DNA of 64,000 bases. It comes from Okamejei kenojei. Taxonomy: Eukaryota. The notes beneath the pieces were generated by a model. That model was not told the DNA's origin. It worked only from the letters and a program-made list of their open reading frames with translations, and ran no database searches. A program made the translations under genes and the position numbers. The DNA lies in assembly GCA_035221665.1 (NCBI GenBank), contig CM069162.1, positions 6,076,001-6,140,000 on the forward strand. The letters are read 5' to 3'. Positions 52,799 to 64,000 of this stretch are shown piece after piece. How positions within the stretch are numbered: position 1 is the stretch's first letter; each line of letters starts with the position of its first letter.

Positions 52799-53302
52799 AG
52801 GGGCTGTCCTACGTGTGCGACCTAATCCGCGAGTTCTGGCGAGTTTGCCCTCGACTCATACTCGCAGCAAGGTTGACACGAGGTCGTAGGAGTTCTTTGT
52901 AACTCTCCTTCATGCTCGAGAGTGGTCGCCGCGTACTCGAGGCCTCAGCTAGGTCGCGGCGTATTTTTCAATATGTTAAAAAATGCCCGTGAGTAAAAAA
53001 AGGTCGCCATGGAAAAAATCGATACTCTTTTTACTCGTAGGTTTAGTCGTAGTAGGTTGTAATAGGTCGGCATGTTAGTCGTAGGTAATCGAGGGTAGTC
53101 AAAGGTAGTCTTCGTCGTTGTCGAAGGGAGGTCGAACGAGGTCGAAGGAGGTCGTCTTCACTCTCCACTATTCAGTGGCCAATTTCCCCGAAGTTAGTCT
53201 TAGCTAGTTGTAGCTAGTCGAAGCTGGTCTTCAACACAGTTGAAGGAGGTTGAAGGAGGTCTTCAACATTTCATTTTTTCAAACTCTTCTAAACTCGCCA
53301 AT
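52799..53302. mobile_element. Second copy of the 45356-45918 MITE, right TIR lost
   Basis: Collinear with 45356-45892; ends at aaactcgccaat, fused to Penelope sequence. Confidence 0.85.
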
Positions 53303-53476
53303 AAGCGCAGGCTTGGCGATCATTTCGCTGAACGCTCCCGTTCAGTCCGCCTAAACCTATCCGATTTACCCTTTGCTAAACACTTTAACTCCCCCTCCCA
53401 TTCCCACGCTGACCTTTCTGTCCTGGGCCTCCTCCATTGTCAGAGTGAAGCCCAGCGCAAATTGGAGGAACAGCAA
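53303..53476 (+). mobile_element. Penelope-like GIY-YIG C-terminus, left part (interrupted by Gypsy)
   Basis: KRRLGDHFAE...AKHFNSPSHSHADLSVLGLLHCQSEAQRKLEEQ. Confidence 0.85.
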
Positions 53477-53663
53477 TGTCACATCCTGGCCGCAGATGTA
53501 ACACATTATTAAGAGGTTACATTCGCTGTTCTTTGTGTTTATTAACTCACACAGTCACAGCTTCCATCTGGGCTTACACTGTCCCAACTGATCTGATCTC
53601 CAGGTCATCTGATACAAAGGTCATCTTATTTACATATCATCATCACGACTCATCTTCATGACA
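53477..53663 (-). repeat. 3' LTR (187 bp)
   Basis: tgtcacatcctggccgcagatg...catcttcatgaca. Preceded on the minus strand by the purine tract GGTAAAGTAGGAA. Confidence 0.93.
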
Positions 53664-53972
53664 TTCCTACTTTACCAGACTTAAACTTTAAATTAACATG
53701 TATTCTTTCTAATATACTTCCCAATTAAATTCTTACAAGACATATTTGTATTTTCATTTGTGTTCCAATAACTTACAAACCGGAAGCATTACAACTACAA
53801 AACAAATGCAACTTTTTACACTCTCGTACCCTTAATACCCTCCTTGCTTATAACAAACAGTATTATAATAAACAGTATTATAATAAACAGTATCATACTC
53901 TATAACACAAAATCGTCGTATCGCTTGGGGACTCTCCTTTCACGGTTTGGTCTACCAGCTGGCACAGAAGCA

Positions 53973-56960
53973 TCAGTCTGTTGAATCTGCCACAGTGTTG
54001 TCACCCAGACACCTTCTCTGCTTCCGTGCTGCCTCCGCAACTCTGGACACCACCTCGGAAATGTCGTCTGGCCCCTCTGGACCCGTAACTCTTGGTGAAT
54101 TTTGGCCGACCTCGTTTTGTGTGTCCCTGGACACGTACCTTTTGACGCTCGATACATTTCTCTTGTAGATAACACCTTCTGGAGACTTGACTGTCACCAT
54201 GCTGCCGCTCCTCGCTACAACATTGTATGGCTGGCGATGGTAAGGAGTGTCTATCTTACCGCCATCATCTCTCCTCACAAGCACATCATCCCCAGGCATT
54301 ATTTCAGAGCGCCGGGCTCCACGTTTCAAGTCGCATATCATTTTGCCGCACCTTTCTGTTCAGCATCACAGTCTCTCAGCTCCTGGTCTTCCATGATCCC
54401 TTGCACTTTTGGTATTTTAGTGCGAATCTTCCTTCCAAACAACGCTTCTGCTGGACTTTTCCCTGTCGTTGAGTGAGTGATCGCCTGATATACAGCTACG
54501 TATACTAACAGTGCCTCCTTCCAGTTTCCCCCTTCGGCATGGGCGATACGTATCCTCTTCTCTATGGACTGGTTTTGGAGCCATTTCAGCATCACCTCGT
54601 GGTGATTAATGCTGTGATTCTCATGTATTCAGCAAAGGTCTCAGAAACAAACTGTGGCCCATTGTCGGAATACAATGTAACCCGTGTCTGGCGAAGATCT
54701 CTGCTAATGCCTGTACAGTTTTTTTCTGCTGTAGTTGACTTCATCACTGCATACTCATAGTACCTACTATAGTAGTCTACCACTACCATAATTGATTCAC
54801 CTGTTGGAAGTGGTCCAAGAAACTCAACAGCTATGTCAACTCTCGGTCCCGTTGGCAACTTTGTACTTCTAATTGGTTCTGGTGGGTTGCTCCCGCTTGT
54901 GATGTGGCATCCGTGACATGTCTTGACAAATTTTTCGGCATCTTTCTCACAACCTGGCCACCACACTTTGTTCCGCAAATTCTGTTTAGTACCAACGATG
55001 CCTAAATGTCCTTCATTTGCTAATGACACGATCCTTGGTCATAGTCTCTGCGGGATCACCAATCTACTACCTCTCAGCACACACTGACCAATTGCACAAA
55101 GTTCATCTTTTATGGGAACACATGCTTTGTACGGGCATTGATCCCATTGCCCACTCTGTATACGCTCTCTGATATCTTTGAGTTCAGGATCATGTTCTGA
55201 TTCCCTTTCATCTTCCTTCGTTGTCATGACTCCTGGCGCTGACTGAATTGTGACGAATCGCACACAGTTCTCTGCTTCCATCTCTAGCGTGGATGTTGCT
55301 CCCAGCTGCTCATCCTTCACCAGTCTCGACAGCGGGTCCGCGATGTTTGCGTTCCCGGCCATGTGGACTTGCACTGTTGGAGTCTCAGCACCCAACGTTC
55401 TATTCTGGCACATGGCTTAGACCTTGTCGAATAGATCACTTCCAGCGGCTTGTGATCTGGAACAAGTCTGAATTCAATGCCGTACAAGTGTGCATGGAAC
55501 CTTTCACAGGCCCACACTAGTCCCAGTGCTTCTTTCTCCGTTTGAGAATACCTTCTCTCCACGCTGGTTAATGATCGACTGGCATATGCTATGATTCTGG
55601 GTCCCTCTGCATGTGTCTGTACCAACACTGCTCCTGACCCGACCGGACTAGCGTCTTCTACGACTTTTGTTGGTGCAGCTGGATCATAATATCCAAGGGT
55701 TTCTGCACTCATTAGACCCTGTTTCAGTGATTTGAATGCCTGTCGCCGTTCACTACCAGACTGGAACGGTACGTCTTTCCTGGTCAACTTTCTCAGCGGA
55801 TCTGCCAGTGTAGCAAAATTTGGAATGAATTTTGCACAATAATTGACCAGTCCTAGAAAACTCCTCGTCTCGGTTGCATTCTGAGCTTCACGTGCATCTG
55901 CAACAGCTTTCACTTTAGCTTTGGCTGGTTCAGCCCTTCACTTTTCCCAGGAAATCCATCTGAGAGATGCTAAACTTGCACTTGTCTTCATTCACAGTGA
56001 GACCTGCTTCATGAAGTTTAGTCAACACTGGCTTCAACCTCCTGTCATGCTCTTCACGACTTGATGCATAGACAATGGTGTCGTCTGATATGTTTGCTAC
56101 TCCAGGTACACCTTGAATCACTCGGTGGATTTCATATTGATAGATCTCGGGAGCAGCGCTGATTCCAAACATCAGTCTTTTGTCCCGGTACAATCCGCAG
56201 TGAGTGACGAATGTTGTCACCTCTCTTGACTCTGGATGTAATTCCAACTGATGATATCCCCACTTGAGATCAATTTTGGAAACACACTTCACTGGTTGAT
56301 AACTCTTGTAGCACCTCACCAACCGTAGGAATTGTATGTCTCTCTGATTATTGCCTCATTGGCTCTCCTCGTGTGAATACACAGTCTAACGTCATCATTG
56401 GGTTTTGGCACAATCACAACTGGGCTCACCCATGGTGTCGAACATTCAACTGGTTCAATAATTCCTGATCAATCAACTCCTTGATTTTAGCCTCTACTTT
56501 TCCACAAAGTCCAAATGGCGTTCTCCGCACCGGTTGAGCTATCGGCTTGACATTTTCATCAATGGCTAACTTCACTTGTCGGCCTTTCAATTTTCCAACC
56601 CCTTGGAATACTGAATGAAATTCCTGCCTCATGTCATCATCTGACATGCACTCCAATGTGAAGCACTCCCAGCTCTGGAGCCGTGTTTCTCCTCAGTAGA
56701 GGTTCTCCCTTCTCCTCTATCACCACGAATTCTGCTTCAGTTTCTCTATCTCCTACTTTAGCTGTGAAACATCCAATGGTCTGCAATGGTTTAGTTGCGG
56801 TGTATGGATATAACCTCCTACTACACCTCCTTGATGTGCACTTGATTCTCTGCTGTTTCCCAAAGTGATCTGTCAATTACGTTGCTGTCGCTACCAGAAT
56901 CTACAATCACTGGCACGGCAACACCTCCGATGGTCACTGCAACTTTCTCGTGATGGCTCT
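53973..56960 (-). pseudogene. pol: Retrotransposon Pol (protease, RT, RNase H, integrase), disrupted
   Basis: PR: VIVDSGSD. RT: KIDLKWGYHQ, RLMFGISAAPEIYQ, ISDD. RH: DASPVG, ERRYSQTEKEAL, DHKPL. IN: HLG...WWPG...CHGC, DNGPQFVS. Split over several frames. Confidence 0.93.
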
Positions 56961-57149
56961 CACTCAATGCAAACTGATCATTCCTTTTAACAGCATGCTC
57001 ACCAGCTTCATCACTGTCTTCATCACTTCCGACATCACCTTCTATGTGATGGACGTGACCCTTCTTTTTGTGCCAAGGTCTGTCTTTCTTTTCACTGGAC
57101 TTCCGTTTCTTGGTGTAATCACTTGTCTTGTCTTTGATCTTACTTTTTG

Positions 57150-57873
57150 CAAAATGATCCACATTTCCTACATGTTCTACATTTTTGCTGGACAACATGC
57201 ATCTTCCCCTATGTGACCCTTGTTGCCACACCTGTAACACTCGATCTCACGTGCAGGCTTACTTCTTGGTCTACTGGTTAACTTGCCCAGTCTTGGCATC
57301 TTGCAATTTCAGGCTGTGAAATTGTCCCTCAACAGCTTCCAGTGCTGCTGCAATCGACAAAGCATCATTAAGGTTTAACTCACCCCCTTTTTCTAGCAGC
57401 CTTCTCCTGAGCTTGTCTGACCTGCAATGCTGGACAACCTGATCCACATCAGCAGCCACATATTTGCATCCTACAGACACCTGTCTGAGTCTCGTCACAA
57501 ATTGAGCAACAGTCTCGCCCTCTTCCTGCATTGTTTTACAGAATAAATGGCGTTGAAATGTAGCGTTTGGCACCACCACATAATGACTGTTCAAAGCATC
57601 AACGGCTTTCTTATAGTCCTCCTTCATTCCGGTGTCTGGGAGTGTTTTAAACATTTCTCGAACTGCTGGCCCCGCGGTGAAAAGAAGCAACGCTCTCCGC
57701 TGCACCTTCTGCCCCGGCGTACTCTCCTCAAGAAAGAGCCCTCGACTGTCGGCGTAAGCTTCAAATTCCTCCAGCCAAGCATTCCACATCACGCTGACGG
57801 TACTCGCATCACCCGTCGGATCGAAGTGTGCAACTCCACGAAGTGTTAAGAAATCAGCTCCAGCGATTGACAT
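57150..57873 (-). pseudogene. gag: Retrotransposon Gag with Zn-knuckle remnant
   Basis: 200-aa ORF with WNAWLEEFEAY...QEEGETVAQFVTRLRQ...LRRRLL, then a CYRCGNKGH knuckle at ~57215-57242 after a stop. Confidence 0.85.
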
Positions 57874-57935
57874 TTTTAAAGAAAAGTCTTTTACCAGCTC
57901 GAAGCCACGGATTCAGAATCCAAAATATCCGAAAT

Positions 57936-57948
57936 ATCCTCGTCGCCA
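57936..57948 (-). promoter_or_regulatory. Primer-binding site complementary to tRNA-Ser(GCU) 3' end
   Basis: Minus strand TGGCGACGAGGAT lies 1 nt after the 5' LTR and is complementary to ...AUCCUCGUCG-CCA. Confidence 0.85.
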
Positions 57949-57949
57949 A

Positions 57950-58153
57950 TGTCACATCCTGGCCGCAGATGGGAAGTGATAATGATATCGACACATTATT
58001 AGGAGGTTACATTCGTTGTTCTCTGTGTTTATTAACTCACACAGTCACAGCTTCCATCTGGGCTTACACTGCCCCACCCAGTCTGATCTCCAGGTCATCT
58101 GCTACAGAGGCCATCTTATATACATATCATCATCACGACTCATCGTCATGACA
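57950..58153 (-). repeat. 5' LTR (204 bp)
   Basis: tgtcacatcctggccgcagatg...catcgtcatgaca; direct repeat of 53477-53663. Confidence 0.93.
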
Positions 58154-58522
58154 AGCGCCTCATGTTTCGCTTGGGCAGCTTACACCCCCAGCGGTATGAA
58201 TATTGACTTCTCTAACTTCAAGCAGTCCTTGCTTTCCCTCTCACTCCATCCCTCCCCCCAGTTCCCTGACCAGTCTGACTGTCTCACTATTTACATTTTA
58301 TTTCCGATTGGTTCGTTGTCACCTTCTGCAAGCTAACAATGATCTATTCTACATTTTCCTTGAACCTCATCTCTTTTGGTCACTTACACTTCCTTATCTC
58401 TGTGTCTCCCTCTCCCCAGACTCAGTCTGAAGAAGGGTCTCGACCCGAAACGTCACCCATTTCTTCTATCCAGAGATGCTGCCTGTCCCACTGAGGTACT
58501 CCAGCGTTTTGTGTCTATCTTC
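58154..58522 (+). mobile_element. Penelope-like 3' end and terminal repeat, right part
   Basis: Continues LMFRLGSL...PSGMNIDFSNFK, then the terminal repeat with hammerhead. Confidence 0.85.
58427..58454 (+). ncRNA. Minimal hammerhead ribozyme motif in Penelope-like terminal repeat
   Basis: CTGAAGA-A-GGGTC-TC-GACCC-GAAA-C-GTC: complete core, perfect stem II and a GUC triplet. Confidence 0.8.
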
Positions 58523-58790
58523 ACTCTAAAACTAGTCAGCCCCCTTCTGCCTCTACTGTTTTTCTAGAGCAAGAGGCAGCACAGAGGAACAGAGGGAGAA
58601 CGTGGTGTGCTGGAGGAATGATACACCATCCCCCGAAAGATAACCCGCATCCTTCCTTGCCCTTAGCCAGGCCTTGCACCCAGCAATGCAGCGATCTGCC
58701 CCAAAACCCCAACATTACTTAGCAACAATATTCTCCATTACCCCTCATCCCACTCTCCCAACTCCTCCCCACACTACCACGAGTGCACTC

Positions 58791-59430
58791 TTTTTTTTAA
58801 TCAAAAAATGTATTCAATTATTAAAAAATAATATTTACACTACAATAAAACAAGCCAGAACCCACCACCATCATACAATACAAACATATATCCATAATAA
58901 ACTACTATACAAACTATGTTACAATCCTTGTTGAGGATACATTCAACACCCAGTGGTCCCGGAACTCCCTCAGGGTGCCCGTGGACAGGGCGTATACCCT
59001 TTCTAACCCCACCCGGGCACGGACGTAACCCCAGAAAAGGGGTAGGCAGCCGGCTTGGGTAGAGGCCCTCCACCGCCTGGCGCCGTGACTCGTGGATGGC
59101 CAGCTTGGCTAGGCCCAGGAGCAACCCACCAGGACATCTTCACCCCTACCCTCCCCCCTACACACAGGGTGTCCACAGATGAGGATGGTGGGTGAAAAAT
59201 GCAGCCAGAAGGCAAGGAGCAGCCGCTTTAGGTATTCAAACAGTGGCTGCAGCCTCACGCACTCCACGTACACGTGGTACACAGACCCTGTACCACGTGT
59301 ACAAAGTGGCAGGCGGCTGGCAAGTCTGTGAACCACAAGAGAAACAGGTTGCAGGGAACAATACCCTTGGTGCAATACCCTCCACCCCAGGTCCCCAATG
59401 TAGAGGGGGAGAATCCCCGTGTAGAGGGAC
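58791..59430 (-). mobile_element. 5'-truncated L1/Tx1-clade LINE with poly(A) tail and TSD
   Basis: GDLGWRVLH...SVYHVYVECVRLQPLF (zf-RVT)...LLGLAKLAIH. T-run at 58791-58798. TSD ccacgagtgcactc(tt) at 58777 and 59431. Confidence 0.88.
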
Positions 59431-59639
59431 CCACGAGTGCACTCTTGGGAGGTTTTGCAAAGTTTCAGAAATCCATTCATATTTCAAACAAAATGCTATA
59501 AATATTTAATTTATTCTGCTTTTCCACAGGATACGATGACATAGATTTTCTGCTTGGATGAGGTTTGCAAAATTAAGTCTAATGACTTTCCCCGAGGAGG
59601 GCAAGGTGTGAAGAGCAAGGCTTACACATCATGGTACGT

Positions 59640-59667
59640 CTGAAGAAGGGACCCGACCCGAAACGTC
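59640..59667 (+). ncRNA. Hammerhead motif at start of a Penelope-like repeat fragment
   Basis: ctgaagaagggacccgacccgaaacgtc; one stem II mismatch. Confidence 0.7.
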
Positions 59668-59741
59668 ACCTATATGTGTTCTCCAGAGATGCTGCCTGAC
59701 CTGCTGAGAACTGTGCATTTTTTTGTAAACCAGCATCTGCA

Positions 59742-60058
59742 GTTTAGTTTAGTTTAGTTTAGAGATACAGCGCGGAGAAAGGCCCTTCGGCCCACCGAGT
59801 CTGCGCTGACCAGCGATCCCTGCACACCAATACTATCCTACACACCCTAGGGGCCACTTACAATTTTACTGATACCGTTTAGCCTACAAACCTGAATATC
59901 TTTGGAGTGTGGGAGGAAACCGGAGCTCCCGGAGAAAAGCCACTCATTCACTGGGGAGAACGTACAAACTCCATACAGACAGCACCCGTGGTCAGGATCG
60001 AACCCGGGTCTCTAGCGCTGTGAGGCAGCGACTCTACCGCTGCGCCACCGTGCCGCCC
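59742..60058 (-). mobile_element. V-SINE (HE1-like), full length with (TAAAC)n tail
   Basis: (gttta)n tail at 59742-59761; head ends ccgtgccgccc. Confidence 0.85.
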
Positions 60059-62185
60059 AGTTCATTGCCTCTACATTGTAAGCTATGACCTTCTGTTTGC
60101 TCTGCTACTGTGTGAGCTCACTGCAGATAAAGTACATACTGCCTCTGTTAAAACATCCACTATTGCCATATATCAACTATTCATAAAGCTTATTCTTTAC
60201 ATTAACTATTACAGATATGATGGAGAGCTGTCAAAAAATCAATATGACGATTTTGTTTCCATTATTGGCGCTGAAGACAGTTTGGAAGTCAGTTCTTTAT
60301 TTAATACACAGGCAATTTTAACCTATTAGGATAGAACGACACAGACATTGAACCTGGGTGGTCTTGCTGTGAATATCATACAGCAAGAACCAATTGCACA
60401 AATAACAAGCCGTAACATTTATTTAAAATTACAGTATAGTTTGCAGTTCAGACCAAAGGGGAACATTAGATGAAATATTTGGGTTTGTGTCAGCCTTAAA
60501 GATATCTTTACATTTCAGTGTTCTTTAGATTTTATCGCAGACTGCACTCGGTTCCCCAAGCTCGCATTAATTGAGCTCCTGTTTCTCTGCATTATTTCTT
60601 CAGAGTTGCAATTTTTCAGTCCATTGATATAACCATCGCACAATCGTACTCAGTACTTACTGTATGACAAGTTTAGTTGCGTTTGGTTTGGAGATACAGC
60701 GCGGAAACAGGCCCGGTGGACCACCAAGTCCGCGTGAACCAGCGACCCCGTGCACTAGCACTATCTTACACACCAGGGACAGTTTACAATCTTTACCACA
60801 GACACTTAACGTACAAACTCAATATGACTCATCGGAGATCCTTGGACTATCTTTGATTAGACTTTGCTGGCTTTTGGTCATGAATCTCGGTACAGTGTGG
60901 ATGGTTGGATTGTAATCATGTATTGCCTTTCCACCGGTTAGCACACAACAAAAGCTTTTCACTGTATCTTGGGACAAGGTTACATGTGACAATAAACAAA
61001 ACTAAACACAACTCAGTCTTTAGAGTGCGGGAGGAAACCGGAGCACCAGGGGAAACCCACACGGTAACAGGGAGAACGTACAAACTCCGCACAGACAGCA
61101 CCCGTAGTCAGGATTGAACCCGGGTCTCTGGTACTGTGAGGCAGCAACTCTACCGGTGCGCCAGCGTGCTGCGCTGTGAGCTACCTGTGTTGGTGCGACT
61201 CGGAAGTCATCTGTGCACTGTAAGTGGATCGATTGTAATCATGTATTGTCTTTCTGCTGACTGGTTAGCACACAACAGAAATCTTTTCACTGTTCGTCAG
61301 TACACGTGACAATAAACTAAACTGGATGTGAATTTTAAAATAAGTGGCGATGATCATATCCCCTGCAGTGAAACCACAAAGAATAGATGGGAGGAATACT
61401 TGATGAATTATCCTATTTCAAATTGTTTCTAGTGCATGAATTAAGTTCAAAATGTAATGTGCAATTAAGAAAACAGAGAACTGCACTCAAAACCTGCATC
61501 AAATACAAATCAAATAGAATTTCCTCAAATTTTCATCTGCTCCTGACTCTTCTGGAGGATAATTCTACCTGAAGTTTAAACATAATTATTTGCCTACTTT
61601 CTTTCCTGGGGATTTCTTCGGTGTGAGATATGGCCCAAAATATCTGCTTGTTTTTTATATTTATTCATATACTTCATAAGACCAGAAGACCTTAAGGCCA
61701 TAAGACATAGGAGCAGAAGTAGGCCATTCAGCCCATCGAGTCTGCTCTGCTATCCGTTCATGGCTGATCTATTTTTCTCCTGACAACCCCATTTTCTTGA
61801 CTTCTCCGTTTTGGGCTTCTGAGGGATCTGAGCATCAGTGGGAAAGTCAACATCTACAGCCCATTCTGGAGTGCCCTTGTGGGGTGATGGTGAGCCACCA
61901 TCTAGCACTAGTGAGGGCTGTTCTTGTGAATGATACACACTGCCGTGGGTCGTGGCGAGCTTGCTTGCAGGAGGAATCAACTACAGGATGAATCCAAAAC
62001 CTTATTCTACATTGTCTAGGCAGACTCTCAGGCTTGATGGTGATTTGTGACCATTGCAATGTTTTGGGGCTTCTCAGAGTGAGGTCTGGGTCCAACGGAA
62101 AAGGAGGTCCAACAGGTTTGGTGACCAGGTTCTGCGGCATAGACTCAGTACCCACTCACACTCACACTCACTCACATGCACACAC

Positions 62186-62706
62186 TAGGGTTGCCAACGT
62201 TCTCACTCTCATATAAGGGACAAAAAGTCAAAATAAGGGACAAATTCCCGACGGCAATTCGTTGACCGACTCGGCCATGGGTGGGTGAATGATGAGTTGG
62301 CCCGGGTGCTGGACTGTATATAAAGCCCAGCCGGCGGCCAGCTAAGGAGTTTAGGCCCAGGCGACGTTGCGCGCAAAGTCCGGCGCCCCATCCAACTCAT
62401 GAACCGATAATGGACTTGAGAAGGAGGGGTGGTGGTGGTATCGGCGGTAAGCGAAGGTCCGAAAGTCGGACAGCTGGCCGGGCTGCCGACCGACAGGGCC
62501 ACTGGCGAGGTGCTGCTGCTGCACTCCATGGGCTGCACTATGTCGAGACGGGTGAGGCGGGGCCGGACGCGGCGCTCTGACCCGACAGTCCCCACGACCT
62601 GAGTAGTAGCAGTCAAATACGGGACAAGGGCGGTCCCGTACAGGACAAACCAATTTAGCCCAATATACGGGATGTCCCGGCTAATACGGGTCAGTTGGCA
62701 ACCCTA
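62186..62706. mobile_element. hAT (Blackjack-like) MITE with 8-bp TSD
   Basis: TIRs tagggttgccaac / gttggcaacccta; TSD gcacacac at 62178-62185 and 62707-62714; subterminal gggaca repeats. Confidence 0.9.
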
Positions 62707-63240
62707 GCACACACTCACACTCACGCACACACGCTCACACACACACGCTCACACTCACACACACACATGCACCGACACACGCTCACACACACACTCACAC
62801 ACGCATGCACAAACACAAGCACACACGTAAACACACGCTCACTCACACTCACATGCACACACATGCACACACACGCACACACATGCACACACCTATGCTC
62901 ATGCACACACATGCTCACGTACGCATGCACACACCCATGCTCATGCGCACATGCACACACCCATGCTCACGCACACATGCACACAAGCACACACGCAAAC
63001 ACACACACACTCACAATCACTCACATGAACACAAGCACACACACACACACACACTCACATGCACACACGCACACACGCACACACATACATGCACACACGC
63101 AAACATGCAAACACACACACATGCTCACACACGCGCACACATGCTCACGCACACACACACATTCATGCAAATGCATAAAAACGCACACTCATGCACACAC
63201 ATAAACACACAGACACACACACAGACACACATCCACATCC
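62707..63240. repeat. Degenerate (CA)n microsatellite
   Basis: cacaca/catgca repeats; the tract begins at ~62152 and is split by the hAT MITE. Confidence 0.9.
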
Positions 63241-64000
63241 ACTTGATTGATTGGATGAAAGATACAGCATGATAAAAGGCTCTTCGGCCCACTAAGACCA
63301 TGCTGGCCATTGATCCACTGATCACGCTAGTTCTATGTTATCCCACTTTCACATCCATTCCCTGCACTCTAAGTGCGATTTTCAGAGGTCAATTAATCTA
63401 CAAACCCTTTGGGATATGGGTGGAAACTGAGGCACCCGGAGGAAATCCACGCCGTGAAAGGGAGAACGTGTAAGTTCTACACAGACAGCACCCGAGGTCA
63501 GGATTGAACCTGCGGCCCCTGGCACTGTGGCATCGACTCCACCCACTGCGCACGGTGCTGCCACCTTTGCAGGGAGACTCAGGTAATCAGATGCCAGGAC
63601 GCGCTCTAACCATACACACACACATATTCTGACTGGAGATTCCAAAACCTGGAGGTGAGGTGGGATGAGTAGGAAGGAACTGCAGATGCTGGTTCAAACT
63701 GAAGATAGACACAAAAAGCTGGATAGGTTGGTGCTAAAACTCCTCTGGGCCGCGACTTCCCAGAGCCCTCGCACTGCACGACAAAGCCCGCTGGAGTCCA
63801 GTTACTCACGGCTGAGACAGCAATCCATAACCTGAGCTCTCAATGATCAATGAGAAGAGTTAGCCAGTGCTAAGTGTGAGATATGGTGAGACCGTATCAG
63901 GTTAATTGATCACTTGTGGGACTCAGCCAGCAGTTTGTTTAACGTCCTGGCCGTGTGTGTATGTGGTGATTTATTTACCGCACCAGGCCTCCCTCACTCC

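Larger units (their letters stand above)
53477..58153 (-). mobile_element. Decayed Ty3/Gypsy LTR retrotransposon with both LTRs, Mag-like
   Basis: Two homologous TGTCA...TGACA LTRs, a tRNA-Ser PBS and a PPT. Gag-PR-RT-RH-IN lie in Gypsy order on the minus strand with frameshifts and stops. Degenerate 5-bp TSD (agcaa / agcgc). Confidence 0.95.

Noticed and set aside
57271-57873. Domesticated Gag gene
   Set aside because: It lies within an element retaining both LTRs, stops before the Zn knuckle, and the rest is decayed.
62695-63325. His/Thr-rich ORFs (also 26083-26561)
   Set aside because: Translations of CA/TG microsatellites.

Overview
This is eukaryotic, repeat-dense DNA, almost certainly from a cartilaginous fish. 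A skate or ray is likely, inferred from the HE1-type V-SINE / CR1 LINE pair and abundant Penelope-like elements. No intact host gene is recognisable; the window looks like a large intron or gene desert. It contains about 28 tRNA-derived V-SINEs; many CR1, Rex1/Babar, L2-like and Tx1 LINE fragments; Harbinger-like and hAT MITEs; a two-LTR but decayed Mag-type Ty3/Gypsy element (53477-58153); TG/CA microsatellites; and four assembly gaps. The most notable signal is RNA-structural. The commonest short repeat is the terminal repeat of a Penelope-like element carrying a minimal hammerhead-ribozyme core (CUGAAGA-stem II-GAAAC-GUC). At 49882-50204 this core is amplified into a head-to-tail array of eight ~40-nt monomers, and intact cores vary at the one free position (N7). 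Boundaries of decayed repeats are read by eye and are approximate, and family names were not database-checked.
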